Below are positions 1 to 8,221 of a DNA stretch of 32,000 bases, piece by piece. Each line of letters starts with the position of its first letter. Positions within the stretch are counted from its first letter, which is position 1. The position numbers were made by a program, and so were the translations under genes. Origin of the DNA: Saccharolobus solfataricus (GTDB lineage: Archaea; Thermoproteota; Thermoprotei_A; Sulfolobales; Sulfolobaceae). Under the pieces are notes generated by a model. The model was not told the origin of the DNA. It searched no databases and saw only the letters and a list, made by a program, of their open reading frames with translations. The stretch is from NCBI RefSeq assembly GCF_900079115.1, contig NZ_LT549890.1, positions 1,290,001 to 1,322,000 of the forward strand, given 5' to 3'.

Positions 1-202
1 CACCTATTACAATGTCCTTTACTTCAACGTTAATTCCTAAGTAACTTAATGCCTTCTTTAAATTATCCTCTATCCTTTTATGTGGTGGAGATTCCCTTAA
101 AATGATAATTTGTGTGGGCTTTAGGTCAGTTAATAGTTCTGTCATTATCGCGTTAATTGTTGTAACTGATTTGTCTGAACCAAGTGTAGCTAACTTTTCC
201 AT
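1..202 (-). CDS. partial CDS (first 67 codons, continues past window start), hypothetical protein
   Basis: My own minus-strand translation starts at ATG 202-200: MEKLATLGSDKSVTTINAIMTELLTDLKPTQIIILRESPPHKRIEDNLKKALSYLGINVEVKDIVIG, open to the window edge. It is missing from the ORF track because it is edge-truncated. The beta-alpha-beta pattern is Rossmann/CARF-like, but that is only a guess. Confidence 0.35.
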   Translation of the reverse strand, partial: MEKLATLGSDKSVTTINAIMTELLTDLKPTQIIILRESPPHKRIEDNLKKALSYLGINVEVKDIVIG

Positions 203-336
203 AAATATATATATATAACAAAAAGGTCTTTTTATTATTATAACAGACGGGGGTTCAAAGGGGGCGGAAAACTTCTCTTTGAGATGGATCCCTTTGTAGA
301 AAAGTTAAAAATAGGAAAATAACGAAATACACATCA

Positions 337-1512
337 ATGCCCACCTTAGGGTTTCGCTTCCGTGCTTACGCTGACGAACAAACCCTTAGGGCGTTAAAAG
401 CCCAGTTGAAGTTAGCATGTGAGGTATATAACACCTTAAGGTGGGCAGACATATACTTTTACCAAAGGGATGGGAAAGGGCTTACACAAACTGAGTTAAG
501 ACAGTTGGCTCTAGATCTGAGAAAACAAGATGATGAGTATAAGCAACTCTACTCGCAAGTAGTTCAACAAATAGCTGACCGTTACTACGAAGCTAAGAAG
601 AGGTTTTTCGAAGGTTTAGCACGTTTCCCAAAAGAAAAGAAACCTCATAAATACTACTCCCTTGTCTATCCCCAGTATGGTTGGAAAATACTTCAAGTTA
701 GAGAAATAAGAAAAGGAAGCAAGAAGAAACTAATAACGCTTAAACTATCAAATCTTGGTACATTCAAGGTAATTATACACAGGGACTTTCCCCTTGACAA
801 AGTAAAGAGGGTGATAGTGAAGCTAACAAGATCTGAGAGGATATACATCACTTTCGTAGTTGATCACGAATTCCCCAAGTTACCTAACACTGGTAAGGTA
901 GTGGCGATAGATGTTGGTGTAGAAAAGTTGTTAGTAACGTCAGATGGTGAGTATTTTCCTAATTTGAGACCTCTTGAAAAGGCGTTATGGAAAGTGAAGC
1001 ATCTACACAGAGAACTTTCAAGGAAGAAGTTCCTCTCTCATAATTGGTTTAAGGCTAAGGTTAAGCTTGCTAGGGCTTATGAGCATTTGAAGAATCTAAG
1101 AACGGATCTTTACATGAAGTTGGGTAAGTGGTTTGCTGAGCATTATGACGTTGTGGTGATGGAGGGTATTCACGCTAAACAACTTGTGGGTAAGTCCTTG
1201 AGGTCTCTGAGGAGGAGGCTGAGTGACGTGGGATTTGGTGAGTTGAGGGATGTGCTGAAGTATCAGCTGGAAAAATACGGAAAGAAACTCATCCTAGTTA
1301 ATCCTGCATACACTTCCAAAACTTGTGCTAGGTGCGGGTATGTGAAAAATGACTTGTCTCTATCTGATCGTGTTTTCGTTTGTCCCAACTGTGGTTGGAT
1401 TGCAGATCGTGACTATAATGCTTCTCTTAACATCTTACGTGGATCGGGGTCGGAGCGACCCTTAGTGTGGAGCTCCGCCCTCTACCAGTACTCTGGCAAG
1501 GTGGGGCTGTGA
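337..1512 (+). CDS. tnpB: TnpB / OrfB RNA-guided nuclease-type transposase accessory protein
   Basis: 391 aa. RuvC-like motifs are IDVGVEK, VVVMEGI and [12 protein letters not shown] zinc finger CARCG...CPNCG lies between the last two. The N-terminus FRFRAY...L is typical of OrfB_IS605. A TATA-like ttaaaaata sits about 27 nt upstream of the ATG. Confidence 0.9.
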   Translation: MPTLGFRFRAYADEQTLRALKAQLKLACEVYNTLRWADIYFYQRDGKGLTQTELRQLALDLRKQDDEYKQLYSQVVQQIADRYYEAKKRFFEGLARFPKEKKPHKYYSLVYPQYGWKILQVREIRKGSKKKLITLKLSNLGTFKVIIHRDFPLDKVKRVIVKLTRSERIYITFVVDHEFPKLPNTGKVVAIDVGVEKLLVTSDGEYFPNLRPLEKALWKVKHLHRELSRKKFLSHNWFKAKVKLARAYEHLKNLRTDLYMKLGKWFAEHYDVVVMEGIHAKQLVGKSLRSLRRRLSDVGFGELRDVLKYQLEKYGKKLILVNPAYTSKTCARCGYVKNDLSLSDRVFVCPNCGWIADRDYNASLNILRGSGSERPLVWSSALYQYSGKVGL

Positions 1513-1550
1513 AGCAGGAAGCTCCCTCATTTATGAGGGGGTAGCTCACT
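1400..1550 (+). ncRNA. candidate omega RNA (reRNA) scaffold overlapping the tnpB 3' end and the IS right end
   Basis: In characterised TnpB systems the guide RNA is transcribed from the 3' part of tnpB plus the right end. Here that segment is GC-rich and stem-forming (gggtcggagcgaccc; ccctcatttatgaggg) in an AT-rich genome. About 95 nt of it (1446-1549) is conserved in the ORF-less copy at 19725-19821. The extent is a guess. Confidence 0.4.
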
Positions 1551-1960
1551 TAATACAAGCCTTGAGATAGAAAAACCTAAACTATAGTAGTACATCAGTG
1601 TTGATAACAGATTTATTACTTTTTATCAATATAAATCATATAAAGTATCCGTTTATTTTCAATTCGATATATAATTTAGCTTTTAACAAGAAGAAGATAT
1701 AGTAATTTTAAAAAAAAAAAGAATCTTTTCCAAAAATTTTATTACGTAATTAAAACATTTTGCGAAAGTGGTATTAGCTGAATTTAAACTAAATTTCAAA
1801 TGAATGAAATTATTGTCCACACTCAATTAAACCACTAGTTCTCCTCACCAGATATGGATTATTACGAAATAATATATACAATTAGACTCAATAATATTCA
1901 AAAATACTATAAAGTAAATTATAGAAAGATTTATTAGGTAAATAATCTATATTAACAAAC

Positions 1961-2998
1961 ATGATTATAAAACCCGAACCATCACTTAAAGATTTATCCT
2001 ATATAATTGAGAACGCAGGATTAAAGGCTAGTGATTTACTAAACATGTATAAGAGAATGCTAATTATCAGATACTTCGAAGAGTCCATAAGGAAAATTTA
2101 CCATGAGGGAAAGAATCCCTTCAATATGGCATCCGGTAGAATTAGGGGAGAGATGCACCTATCAATAGGGCAAGAGGCAGTTGCAGTTGGTACGTTATAC
2201 GATATTAGAGACGAAGATGTAGTAGTGAGCACCCACAGACCCCATCATCACGCTATTGCCAAAGGCGTTGACTTAAAGGGATTGGCAGCGGAAATTTTAG
2301 GTAAAGCTACTGGACTCTGCAAAGGAAAAGGAGGGCACATGCATCTGTTCGATAAATCTAAGAACTTTGCATGTAGCGGAATTGTAGGAGCTTCTTTTCC
2401 TCAAGCAGCTGGCGCTGCCTTTGCGTTTAAATATCTAGGAAAAGATAACGTGGCAATATCATTTGCCGGTGAAGGTGCAGCCAATCATGGTACCTTCGCT
2501 GAAACTCTAAATATAGCAAGTGCTTGGGAATTACCATTAATAATAGTTATAGAAGACAACAAATACGCTGATTCTACACCTAAATCCTTCGTTATGTCCA
2601 CCACTTTCCATTATCAGAGAGGTTTAGCATATAACGTCCCATCATATCTTGTTGACGGAATGGATGTAATAGACGTCTACTCAACTTCTAAAAAAGCCAT
2701 AGAGAGAGCAAGGAAAGGTTTTGGTCCCACATTAATTGAAGCTTTAACTTATAGGTATGTAGGACATTTTGAAGGAGACGGAGAGGAATATAGAACTAAA
2801 GAGGAAGTGGAGTTCTGGAGCTCATTAGATCCTATAAGGAGATTAGAAAACAGACTATTACGTCTAAATTACGCTGACAGCGACATTCTAGCTAGACTCA
2901 GAGAGGAGGCAAGAAAGCAAGTTCAAGAGGCAATAGATTTCGCAATAAATAGTAAGTACCCAGAGCTAACTGACGCATTCGGAGGTGTCTTCGCATGA
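1961..2998 (+). CDS. 2-oxoacid (pyruvate/acetoin/branched-chain) dehydrogenase E1 component, alpha subunit, ThDP-dependent
   Basis: 345 aa. The ThDP-binding motif GEGAANHGTFAETLNIASAWELPLIIVIEDNKY is a GDG-X(24-27)-N variant. Further motifs are HLSIGQEAVAVG and YRYVGHFEGD. The stop overlaps the next start (ATGA at 2995-2998). Confidence 0.9.
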   Translation: MIIKPEPSLKDLSYIIENAGLKASDLLNMYKRMLIIRYFEESIRKIYHEGKNPFNMASGRIRGEMHLSIGQEAVAVGTLYDIRDEDVVVSTHRPHHHAIAKGVDLKGLAAEILGKATGLCKGKGGHMHLFDKSKNFACSGIVGASFPQAAGAAFAFKYLGKDNVAISFAGEGAANHGTFAETLNIASAWELPLIIVIEDNKYADSTPKSFVMSTTFHYQRGLAYNVPSYLVDGMDVIDVYSTSKKAIERARKGFGPTLIEALTYRYVGHFEGDGEEYRTKEEVEFWSSLDPIRRLENRLLRLNYADSDILARLREEARKQVQEAIDFAINSKYPELTDAFGGVFA

Positions 2999-3993
2999 AA
3001 ATAAGGGGAATCGCACAAGCCATTGCCGAGGGAATAAGACAAGAGATGGAGAGAAACGACAGAATTGTGGTACTGGGAGAAGACGTAACATATTGGGGGG
3101 CAGTCTTCGGATTTACTATGGGACTTTTTGATAAGTTTGGAAGAAAAAGGGTTATCGATACACCCATTACTGAACAAACATTTATGGGCATTAGCGTTGG
3201 CGCTGCTTCCTCTGGCTTACACCCAGTTGTTTCATTAATGTTCGTAGACTTTCTAGGTGCGGGATTCGATCAAATGTTCAACCATATGGCAAAGAATTAT
3301 TACATGAGTGGAGGTCAATATCCCATGCCAATTACTGTAATTACGGCAATAGGAGGAGGTTATGGTGATTCCTCACAGCACTCACAAGTTTTATATTCAC
3401 TCTTCGCCCACTTACCAGGATTTAAGGTGATAGTACCTTCAACACCATATGACGCTAAAGGTCTTACAATTAAGGCACTAAGAGACAACAACCCAGTCAT
3501 AATATTCGGACATAAACTATTAACTGGACTACCATTTTTACCATTTGAAGGGAATGAAGAAGAGGTCCCAGAAGAACCTTATGAGATCGAATTCGGCAAA
3601 GCAGCCATCAGAAAAGAAGGAACTGATCTAACCATAATTTCCGCCGGCTTAATGGTCCATAGAAGCTTGAAGGCTGCGGAAATGCTACAGAAAGAGGGAA
3701 TTTCAGCCGAAGTAATAGACGTAAGAACGTTCGTCCCGTTAGATGAAGAAACCATAATAAAGTCAGCTAGGAAAACCGGAAGAGTGCTAATTGTAGACGA
3801 AGACTATATGAGCTATGGTGTAACTGGAGAGATAGCATTCAGAATACAGTCTAAGGCATTAAAGGATCTTAAAGTCCCCATATCCAGGCTTGCAGTTCCA
3901 GACGTTCCAATACCCTTTTCAGAGCCTTTAGAAAATGCGGTAATACCCAACGTAAATACAATCTACAGTGAAGCGAAAAAGTTAATCCAATAA
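2995..3993 (+). CDS. 2-oxoacid dehydrogenase E1 component, beta subunit (transketolase-like pyrimidine-binding and C-terminal domains)
   Basis: 332 aa. Motifs are VVLGEDV...GGVF-like (VLGEDVTYWGAVFG), RVIDTPITEQTFMGISVGAA, and PSTPYDAKGL...NPVIIF. It is translationally coupled to the alpha subunit. Confidence 0.9.
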   Translation: MKIRGIAQAIAEGIRQEMERNDRIVVLGEDVTYWGAVFGFTMGLFDKFGRKRVIDTPITEQTFMGISVGAASSGLHPVVSLMFVDFLGAGFDQMFNHMAKNYYMSGGQYPMPITVITAIGGGYGDSSQHSQVLYSLFAHLPGFKVIVPSTPYDAKGLTIKALRDNNPVIIFGHKLLTGLPFLPFEGNEEEVPEEPYEIEFGKAAIRKEGTDLTIISAGLMVHRSLKAAEMLQKEGISAEVIDVRTFVPLDEETIIKSARKTGRVLIVDEDYMSYGVTGEIAFRIQSKALKDLKVPISRLAVPDVPIPFSEPLENAVIPNVNTIYSEAKKLIQ

Positions 3994-4122
3994 ACACTCT
4001 AACGAGAAATTATTGAAACTGTTTAGTGGTAGCGTCAAATATTATCAGTAGAATCCGTTTTATACAATAATTTTCTCTTAATAAATGAACAATCATGAAT
4101 TTTACAAAAATAGGAGTTTATT

Positions 4123-4286
4123 GGGCGATTCAGATATCCGTTGTGAATTCACTTTATTTTAAAGATTACTATGAATTTAACTAAATGAAGATGACCGACT
4201 AATAGAGATATATAGTTACTAATGTTAATATTTTTTACATCTATATCATTCACAAATTGAAATCGCAAAGGATCCGTGAATCACCC
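4123..4286. mobile_element. 164-bp MITE (copy 1) with imperfect terminal inverted repeats
   Basis: The ends gggcgattcagatatccgttg and caaaggatccgtgaatcaccc (reverse complement gggtgattcacggatcctttg) form a terminal inverted repeat. A second full copy of identical length lies at 10332-10495, and partial copies at 5358-5447 and 21399-21431. From memory, 164 bp is the size of the Sulfolobus SM4 MITE class. Family identity is not verified. Confidence 0.7.
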
Positions 4287-4391
4287 ATTATAAACGATTG
4301 TACTATGATTCTTCTGGAATACCTTTAACTATGCAAGTTTTAGACCCTTTATCTATTACTATTGACATGTATCTTAACACTTCAAGACCAA

Positions 4392-4774
4392 TCAAGCTTC
4401 TCCCCTCAAAGTCCCTAGATATTCCCTGATTATCAGTATGTATGCCTTCTCTTGTGGGGTTAGTTTGCTCTTTCTCCCTTGTTCTTTCTTGATCTTGACG
4501 AACTTTGCCTCCTCCAAGTCTTGCCTTAGCTCTCGACCGAATCTCCTTAATCTGGCTAACCTCTCTTCTTCGCTCTCCTCAGAGTTCTCTATCTTACTGA
4601 GCCTACTTTCCTTGTACAACTTGATCAAGTCCTCTATTGACTCCTTGAAATTGTCGAAGTCTTTCTGAGTTAACTTCTTATTCACTAGTGCTTTCAGAAA
4701 GTTTATAGCTTTAGGCAAAGGATATACCACTAGATCATAGTCTAAGAACTTTTCCAAAATACTAACGTGTTCAT
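4392..4774 (-). pseudogene. small helical, highly charged protein gene (about 102 aa when repaired) interrupted near its 5' end by a 79-bp MITE
   Basis: The ORF-track protein begins with MITE-encoded residues (ILEKFLDYDLVVYPLPKAINFLKAL). Removing the MITE and one TA joins ATG 4774-4772 in frame: MNTLVNKKLTQKDFDNFKESIEDL... I recognised no family. Confidence 0.5.
4686..4764 (-). mobile_element. 79-bp MITE (copy 1, reverse orientation), TA-flanked; SM1 size class
   Basis: Nearly identical to 5896-5973 and 24994-25072. Imperfect terminal inverted repeats are TAGTATTTTGGAAAAG and CTTTCAGAAAGCACTA. TA dinucleotides at both ends are consistent with IS630/Tc1-type mobilisation. Confidence 0.8.
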
Positions 4775-4799
4775 AATACAAAATAAGGGGTATCTAAAG

Positions 4800-4888
4800 T
4801 TTTTGTCCCAGAGTCGGATTTATCCAGTTATAAGTACAGTTCTAATGGAAAGCTTACATTATTCTTTCAATTCCTTTATGGATTTATC
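4800..4888 (-). CRISPR. vestigial CRISPR array: one good repeat, one 39-nt spacer, one degenerate terminal repeat
   Basis: The minus strand at 4888-4864 reads GATAAATCCATAAAGGAATTGAAAG, matching 22 of 25 positions of the array repeat at 31597. A second, degenerate repeat starts 64 nt downstream on the minus strand, at 4824 (GATAAATCC then diverged). 64 nt equals 25 + 39, which is the true array period. Confidence 0.6.
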
Positions 4889-5060
<172 letters not shown>

Positions 5061-5357
5061 TGAAGGTTCCTCCTAAATTCGTTGCGTCTCCTAAATAGCT
5101 ATTCAACATTTATACTATTTCATCTAAGTATTTTTTATTTTAACGTCAAGTTATCTTTTTAAAGGTATTTATAAGCAGGCTACTTTTACGTTTGATTTCA
5201 CGAGCCTGTATTAAAAATTATTTAAAGTCATATTATGTTTATACCAATATTATTTGAATTCTAAATTTAATGAAAATAAGTTTTCGTCTTATGGTTGTTA
5301 ATCAGAGGATTTGTAAAAGTATAAGAATGGGTATATATTGGTTTGTATAGGTTTACC

Positions 5358-5447
5358 GTGGGATTCAGATATCCATTGCGGATTCCCTTCATCTTAAAGA
5401 TTGTTATGAAATTAATTACATGAAGACAATTAACTAGCCGAGACGCG
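5358..5447 (+). repeat. left half of the 164-bp MITE family, truncated by the IS1-like element
   Basis: gggattcagatatccattgcggattc...aattacatgaagacaattaactagccgagacgcg aligns with 4123-4212 and 10332-10421. It stops exactly at the IS inverted repeat at 5448. Confidence 0.5.
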
Positions 5448-5504
5448 GGGAGTGTTCTCATGCAGTCATCTTATTCAAGAAGTATTAGTAAAATTATATC
5501 AAGT

Positions 5505-5894
5505 TTATCTAATATACTGTACTTCCTTCAAGTAAGCCTCGTTCAAGGGAGTTCCCTCTCTTGAAAACACGCGAGGGTACATTACATTTGACAAGGCTAA
5601 ACTGTACTCCGCCATTCTTATACTCCTATTAACAGCTTTAGTATCCCTAGCCAGCCTCGCCAACCTACACCAAGAATTATGACTCTCCACAAGATAAGTA
5701 TACTTCTTACCCGCTACACGATTATCGAGAACTTGATAAACACAGTAGTAGTCAGTATAGTTTACCTCACTCCTAGTTAACCAACCCAAGAGATAACGAA
5801 AAGTCCCATAACTCCTATCCCCAAACTCGTAAAAAGGCACCCCATCAGCCAGGACTGTCCAAATCCACAAATCCTCCCTCATCACCCCATACAC
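5505..5894 (-). pseudogene. IS1-family-like DDE transposase, C-terminal fragment
   Basis: 129 aa with the pattern W..V.....F.FGDRS...F..LL......YTDY...Y........GKKYT..VES.NS..R......T.. NRS, which resembles IS1 InsB C-terminal halves. The N-terminal half is missing, and the apparent start abuts the MITE at 5896. Confidence 0.55.
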
Positions 5895-5895
5895 T

Positions 5896-5973
5896 AGTAT
5901 TTTGGAAAAGTTCTTAGACTATGATCTAGTGGTATATCCTTTGCCTAAAGCTATAAACTTTCTGAAAGCACTA
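5896..5973 (+). mobile_element. 78-bp MITE (copy 2), TA-flanked
   Basis: Same sequence as 24994-25072, minus one T in a T-run. It lies inside the defective IS1-like element. Confidence 0.8.
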
Positions 5974-6105
5974 ACGTTCTAATCTATTGGCTGCATCTCG
6001 ATTAAAACGACTAATTGTGAAAATTTCTAGTTTGATTTAATTTTACTATATAATATTGAATAAGATAGCTGCATGAGAACACTCCCAAAATAGTCATTTT
6101 GGTGG

Positions 6106-6924
6106 TTACCATTTTATAAAGTAAGTCCCATAATCTGGTTGCCACAGTTCTAATGTAATTTTATTTCTATCTGCCGCTAACCTATGTTCGCTTTGTATCT
6201 CTACTCCCTCATGAGGCCCATCTAAGGTGACTACTAAAACTTTTTCCGCCTTCACGTTTTTTGGAACCCATGGTAGATTTATCGTAATCTTTGCATAATA
6301 GGTGGGTTGACCTATTGTGATCCCTTCCATACTGTAATTCATATTGTATCTTCTATAAAGCTCTTCCATAGTTGATGGAAAGTATTTTTCATCCCAAGTA
6401 TAGAACCCGTATTTTATCAATTCCCCTACCTCTAACGGGGGATCAAATGTTACGCGGAATTTAATGAGCTTAGGATCTACCTCTTTTTCCCACTTACCTT
6501 CACCTCTTTTATTCTCATCCAGCAGATTTTTCCTAGTTATCTTATTAAACCTTATTACTTTAGAGGCTTTTTCCGCGTTGAACCTATTGGATTGATGAAT
6601 TCTTTCCTTAACCCCGTTAACTAAAGGAGTTGCTTCGAAGTTTATTCTTAGAGCTCTATCTCCTTTAGGAGAGGCACTGCATATCTTATTTATGTTAAGG
6701 AATAGGAGATATTTATCTCCTTCAGAGTATACCTTACCCTTAGTTATCGTACCGTTCTTTAAACCTATTATATTTAGCTTACTCAGCCCATTTAGTATTC
6801 TTTCTATTTCTGTTCTATTCATTCTTATCATTATCTCGTTTATGTTAACGTCCTCATTATCAATGCCAACTTTCTTAAGTAGTGTTGCTATGAGTTTTTT
6901 TGAGGCTAAGGAAAGTTCTCCCAC
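6106..6924 (-). CDS. hypothetical protein, cluster-flanking paralog A (possible N-terminal winged-helix, C-terminal beta-rich domain)
   Basis: 272 aa, long ORF. The C-terminal region shares motifs with the protein at 18690-19481: GELIKYGFYTWD versus GEIIEFGLYIWN, and LELWQPDYGTYFIKW versus IKVHYPDYGIYKLSY. The N-terminus (LIATLLKKVGI...MNRTEIERILNGLSKLNIIGL) looks wHTH-like by eye only. Confidence 0.7.
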   Translation of the reverse strand: MGELSLASKKLIATLLKKVGIDNEDVNINEIMIRMNRTEIERILNGLSKLNIIGLKNGTITKGKVYSEGDKYLLFLNINKICSASPKGDRALRINFEATPLVNGVKERIHQSNRFNAEKASKVIRFNKITRKNLLDENKRGEGKWEKEVDPKLIKFRVTFDPPLEVGELIKYGFYTWDEKYFPSTMEELYRRYNMNYSMEGITIGQPTYYAKITINLPWVPKNVKAEKVLVVTLDGPHEGVEIQSEHRLAADRNKITLELWQPDYGTYFIKW

Positions 6925-7131
6925 ACCTTAATATTCTTAAAGCGTGTTATAAAAGTGTTGCTAAGTCCTCTATGTTGGAAACAAAATGCGGAAGTTGAAA
7001 CCAAATTAAAATTAGATTAACTATCAGTTAATATTAATATTAAGTTATAAACAATTAAAAGGTAAATATTAAGTAAATCTATAAAATTTAATAGGAAACA
7101 TTTATATTTTAAAGGATACTACTAAAGATAC

Positions 7132-7983
7132 ATGATGATGGAGAAAATAGTAATGGTTGCTATATTGATTTTATCAATCATTTCACTGCCATTGACTATA
7201 ATATATCCTCACGCTTCTTCATCTCTTCATTTAGGTCCTCAAAGAATATGCTTTAATATAACGTCAAACAATTACGTAAGTGCAGTATATAAGCCGATAA
7301 TTCAAGTTTTAAACTTAAATGCTAGGCCAAACTCAACCGTTAATATAACCTTAAGTTTAACGAATTCGTCAATGCCTATGATGCTTAAAGTACCTAAGTT
7401 CAATCTATTAGGATATACTTTAGGTGGCAAACTGGTGACAATCAACGTGAACCCTTTAGGATCTCTCTGTTACGGCATACCTGATCTATCGATTTCAACA
7501 CCCGTTTTCTCGGCAGGTGTTTATATGGTTTTCAGCGGGTATATAACTGGTGTTTTGTCTTTTTCTGGAAATATTTCCAAACCATTATTAATAAGACTTA
7601 CAGATGCGGGAAACTTAAGTATACCTATTAAAATTCCTCTCCATGCTTCTGGTAAAGGAATTATAACGCTATCTAATATTACCTATCATGTAGCTATAAG
7701 CCTAGTTGTTAAATATTCTTCACTGCTAAACTCTGGGAATTATACTATACTGCCTCTAAAGCCTATAGGGAACTTTAAGGGAGTCCCGTCCTATATTAAT
7801 GGAATTTATGTTATTGAAAGCAATTCTTACATGACCCTTCTTATCCTTTACTTGTATATTGTGATTGCAGTCGGGATGATTATAGCTATAATTGTCAAAT
7901 TTAGGAGGAAAATAATACATATTATTACATTCCTCAAGCACTTCGTGAAACTTACAAACCCATGCTTAGATAAACCAAAATAA
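7132..7983 (+). CDS. type-I-like membrane-anchored secreted glycoprotein (N-terminal signal/TM, C-terminal TM anchor)
   Basis: 283 aa. The N-terminal hydrophobic segment is IVMVAILILSIISLPLTII. There are at least 8 N-x-S/T sequons. The C-terminal TM is LLILYLYIVIAVGMIIAIIV, followed by a basic tail KFRRK. The TATA-like tttatattttaaa at 7101-7113 is centred about 27 nt before the ATG, which gives leaderless geometry. Confidence 0.75.
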   Translation: MMMEKIVMVAILILSIISLPLTIIYPHASSSLHLGPQRICFNITSNNYVSAVYKPIIQVLNLNARPNSTVNITLSLTNSSMPMMLKVPKFNLLGYTLGGKLVTINVNPLGSLCYGIPDLSISTPVFSAGVYMVFSGYITGVLSFSGNISKPLLIRLTDAGNLSIPIKIPLHASGKGIITLSNITYHVAISLVVKYSSLLNSGNYTILPLKPIGNFKGVPSYINGIYVIESNSYMTLLILYLYIVIAVGMIIAIIVKFRRKIIHIITFLKHFVKLTNPCLDKPK

Positions 7984-8221
7984 TAGAACCTAACCTCAAT
8001 TCAAGAGCGTAGGTATAATGAATGTAGCCTTTTTCATAATAGTTTCAAAAGGACTAGTTTTAACTTAAGATGTTAAAAATGAGTTAGTAATAGAAACAAC
8101 AAGAAATATTTTGTATTAGGGAATATCATTTTCCTTCGCGTCTATTAAGAAAAAGGCTATAATTGCTCGCACTCCTTCTTAAGCATACATATTTATATAT
8201 AACTTAAAACTACTTGTTTAT

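Larger units (their letters stand above)
241..1555 (+). mobile_element. IS200/IS605-family element, tnpB-only (IS1341 group), about 1.3 kb; size class of ISC1316
   Basis: A single TnpB ORF is flanked by structured, non-inverted ends. The left end has acgggggttcaaaggggg...ccctttg, where caaaggg (about 260) pairs with ccctttg (about 289). The right end has the hairpin ccctcat-tt-atgaggg (about 1524-1539) followed by gtagctcac. Both ends recur around a deleted copy at 19508-19821. Boundaries are good to about +/-10 bp. The name is inferred from size only. Confidence 0.8.
5448..6086 (-). mobile_element. defective IS1-family-like element (internally deleted, 639 bp) carrying a nested 78-bp MITE
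   Basis: The terminal inverted repeats are gggagtgttctcatgcag (5448) and ctgcatgagaacactccc (ending 6086). Only the C-terminal half of the transposase remains. Related ends occur at 19846, 20174, 20232 and 21494. Confidence 0.65.

Noticed and set aside
1700-1760. A-run (11 A at about 1718-1728) and AT-rich tract in the tnpB/E1 intergenic region
   Set aside because: This is ordinary low-complexity intergenic sequence for an AT-rich genome, with no repeat structure.
2898-3191. Two minus-strand ORFs (97 and 84 aa) overlapping the E1 alpha/beta junction
   Set aside because: They are antisense to two strongly supported CDSs and have no recognisable motifs.
4438-4668. Plus-strand 76-aa ORF opposite the small charged-protein gene
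   Set aside because: It is the antisense shadow of a K/E-rich coding region (an S/L-rich translation).
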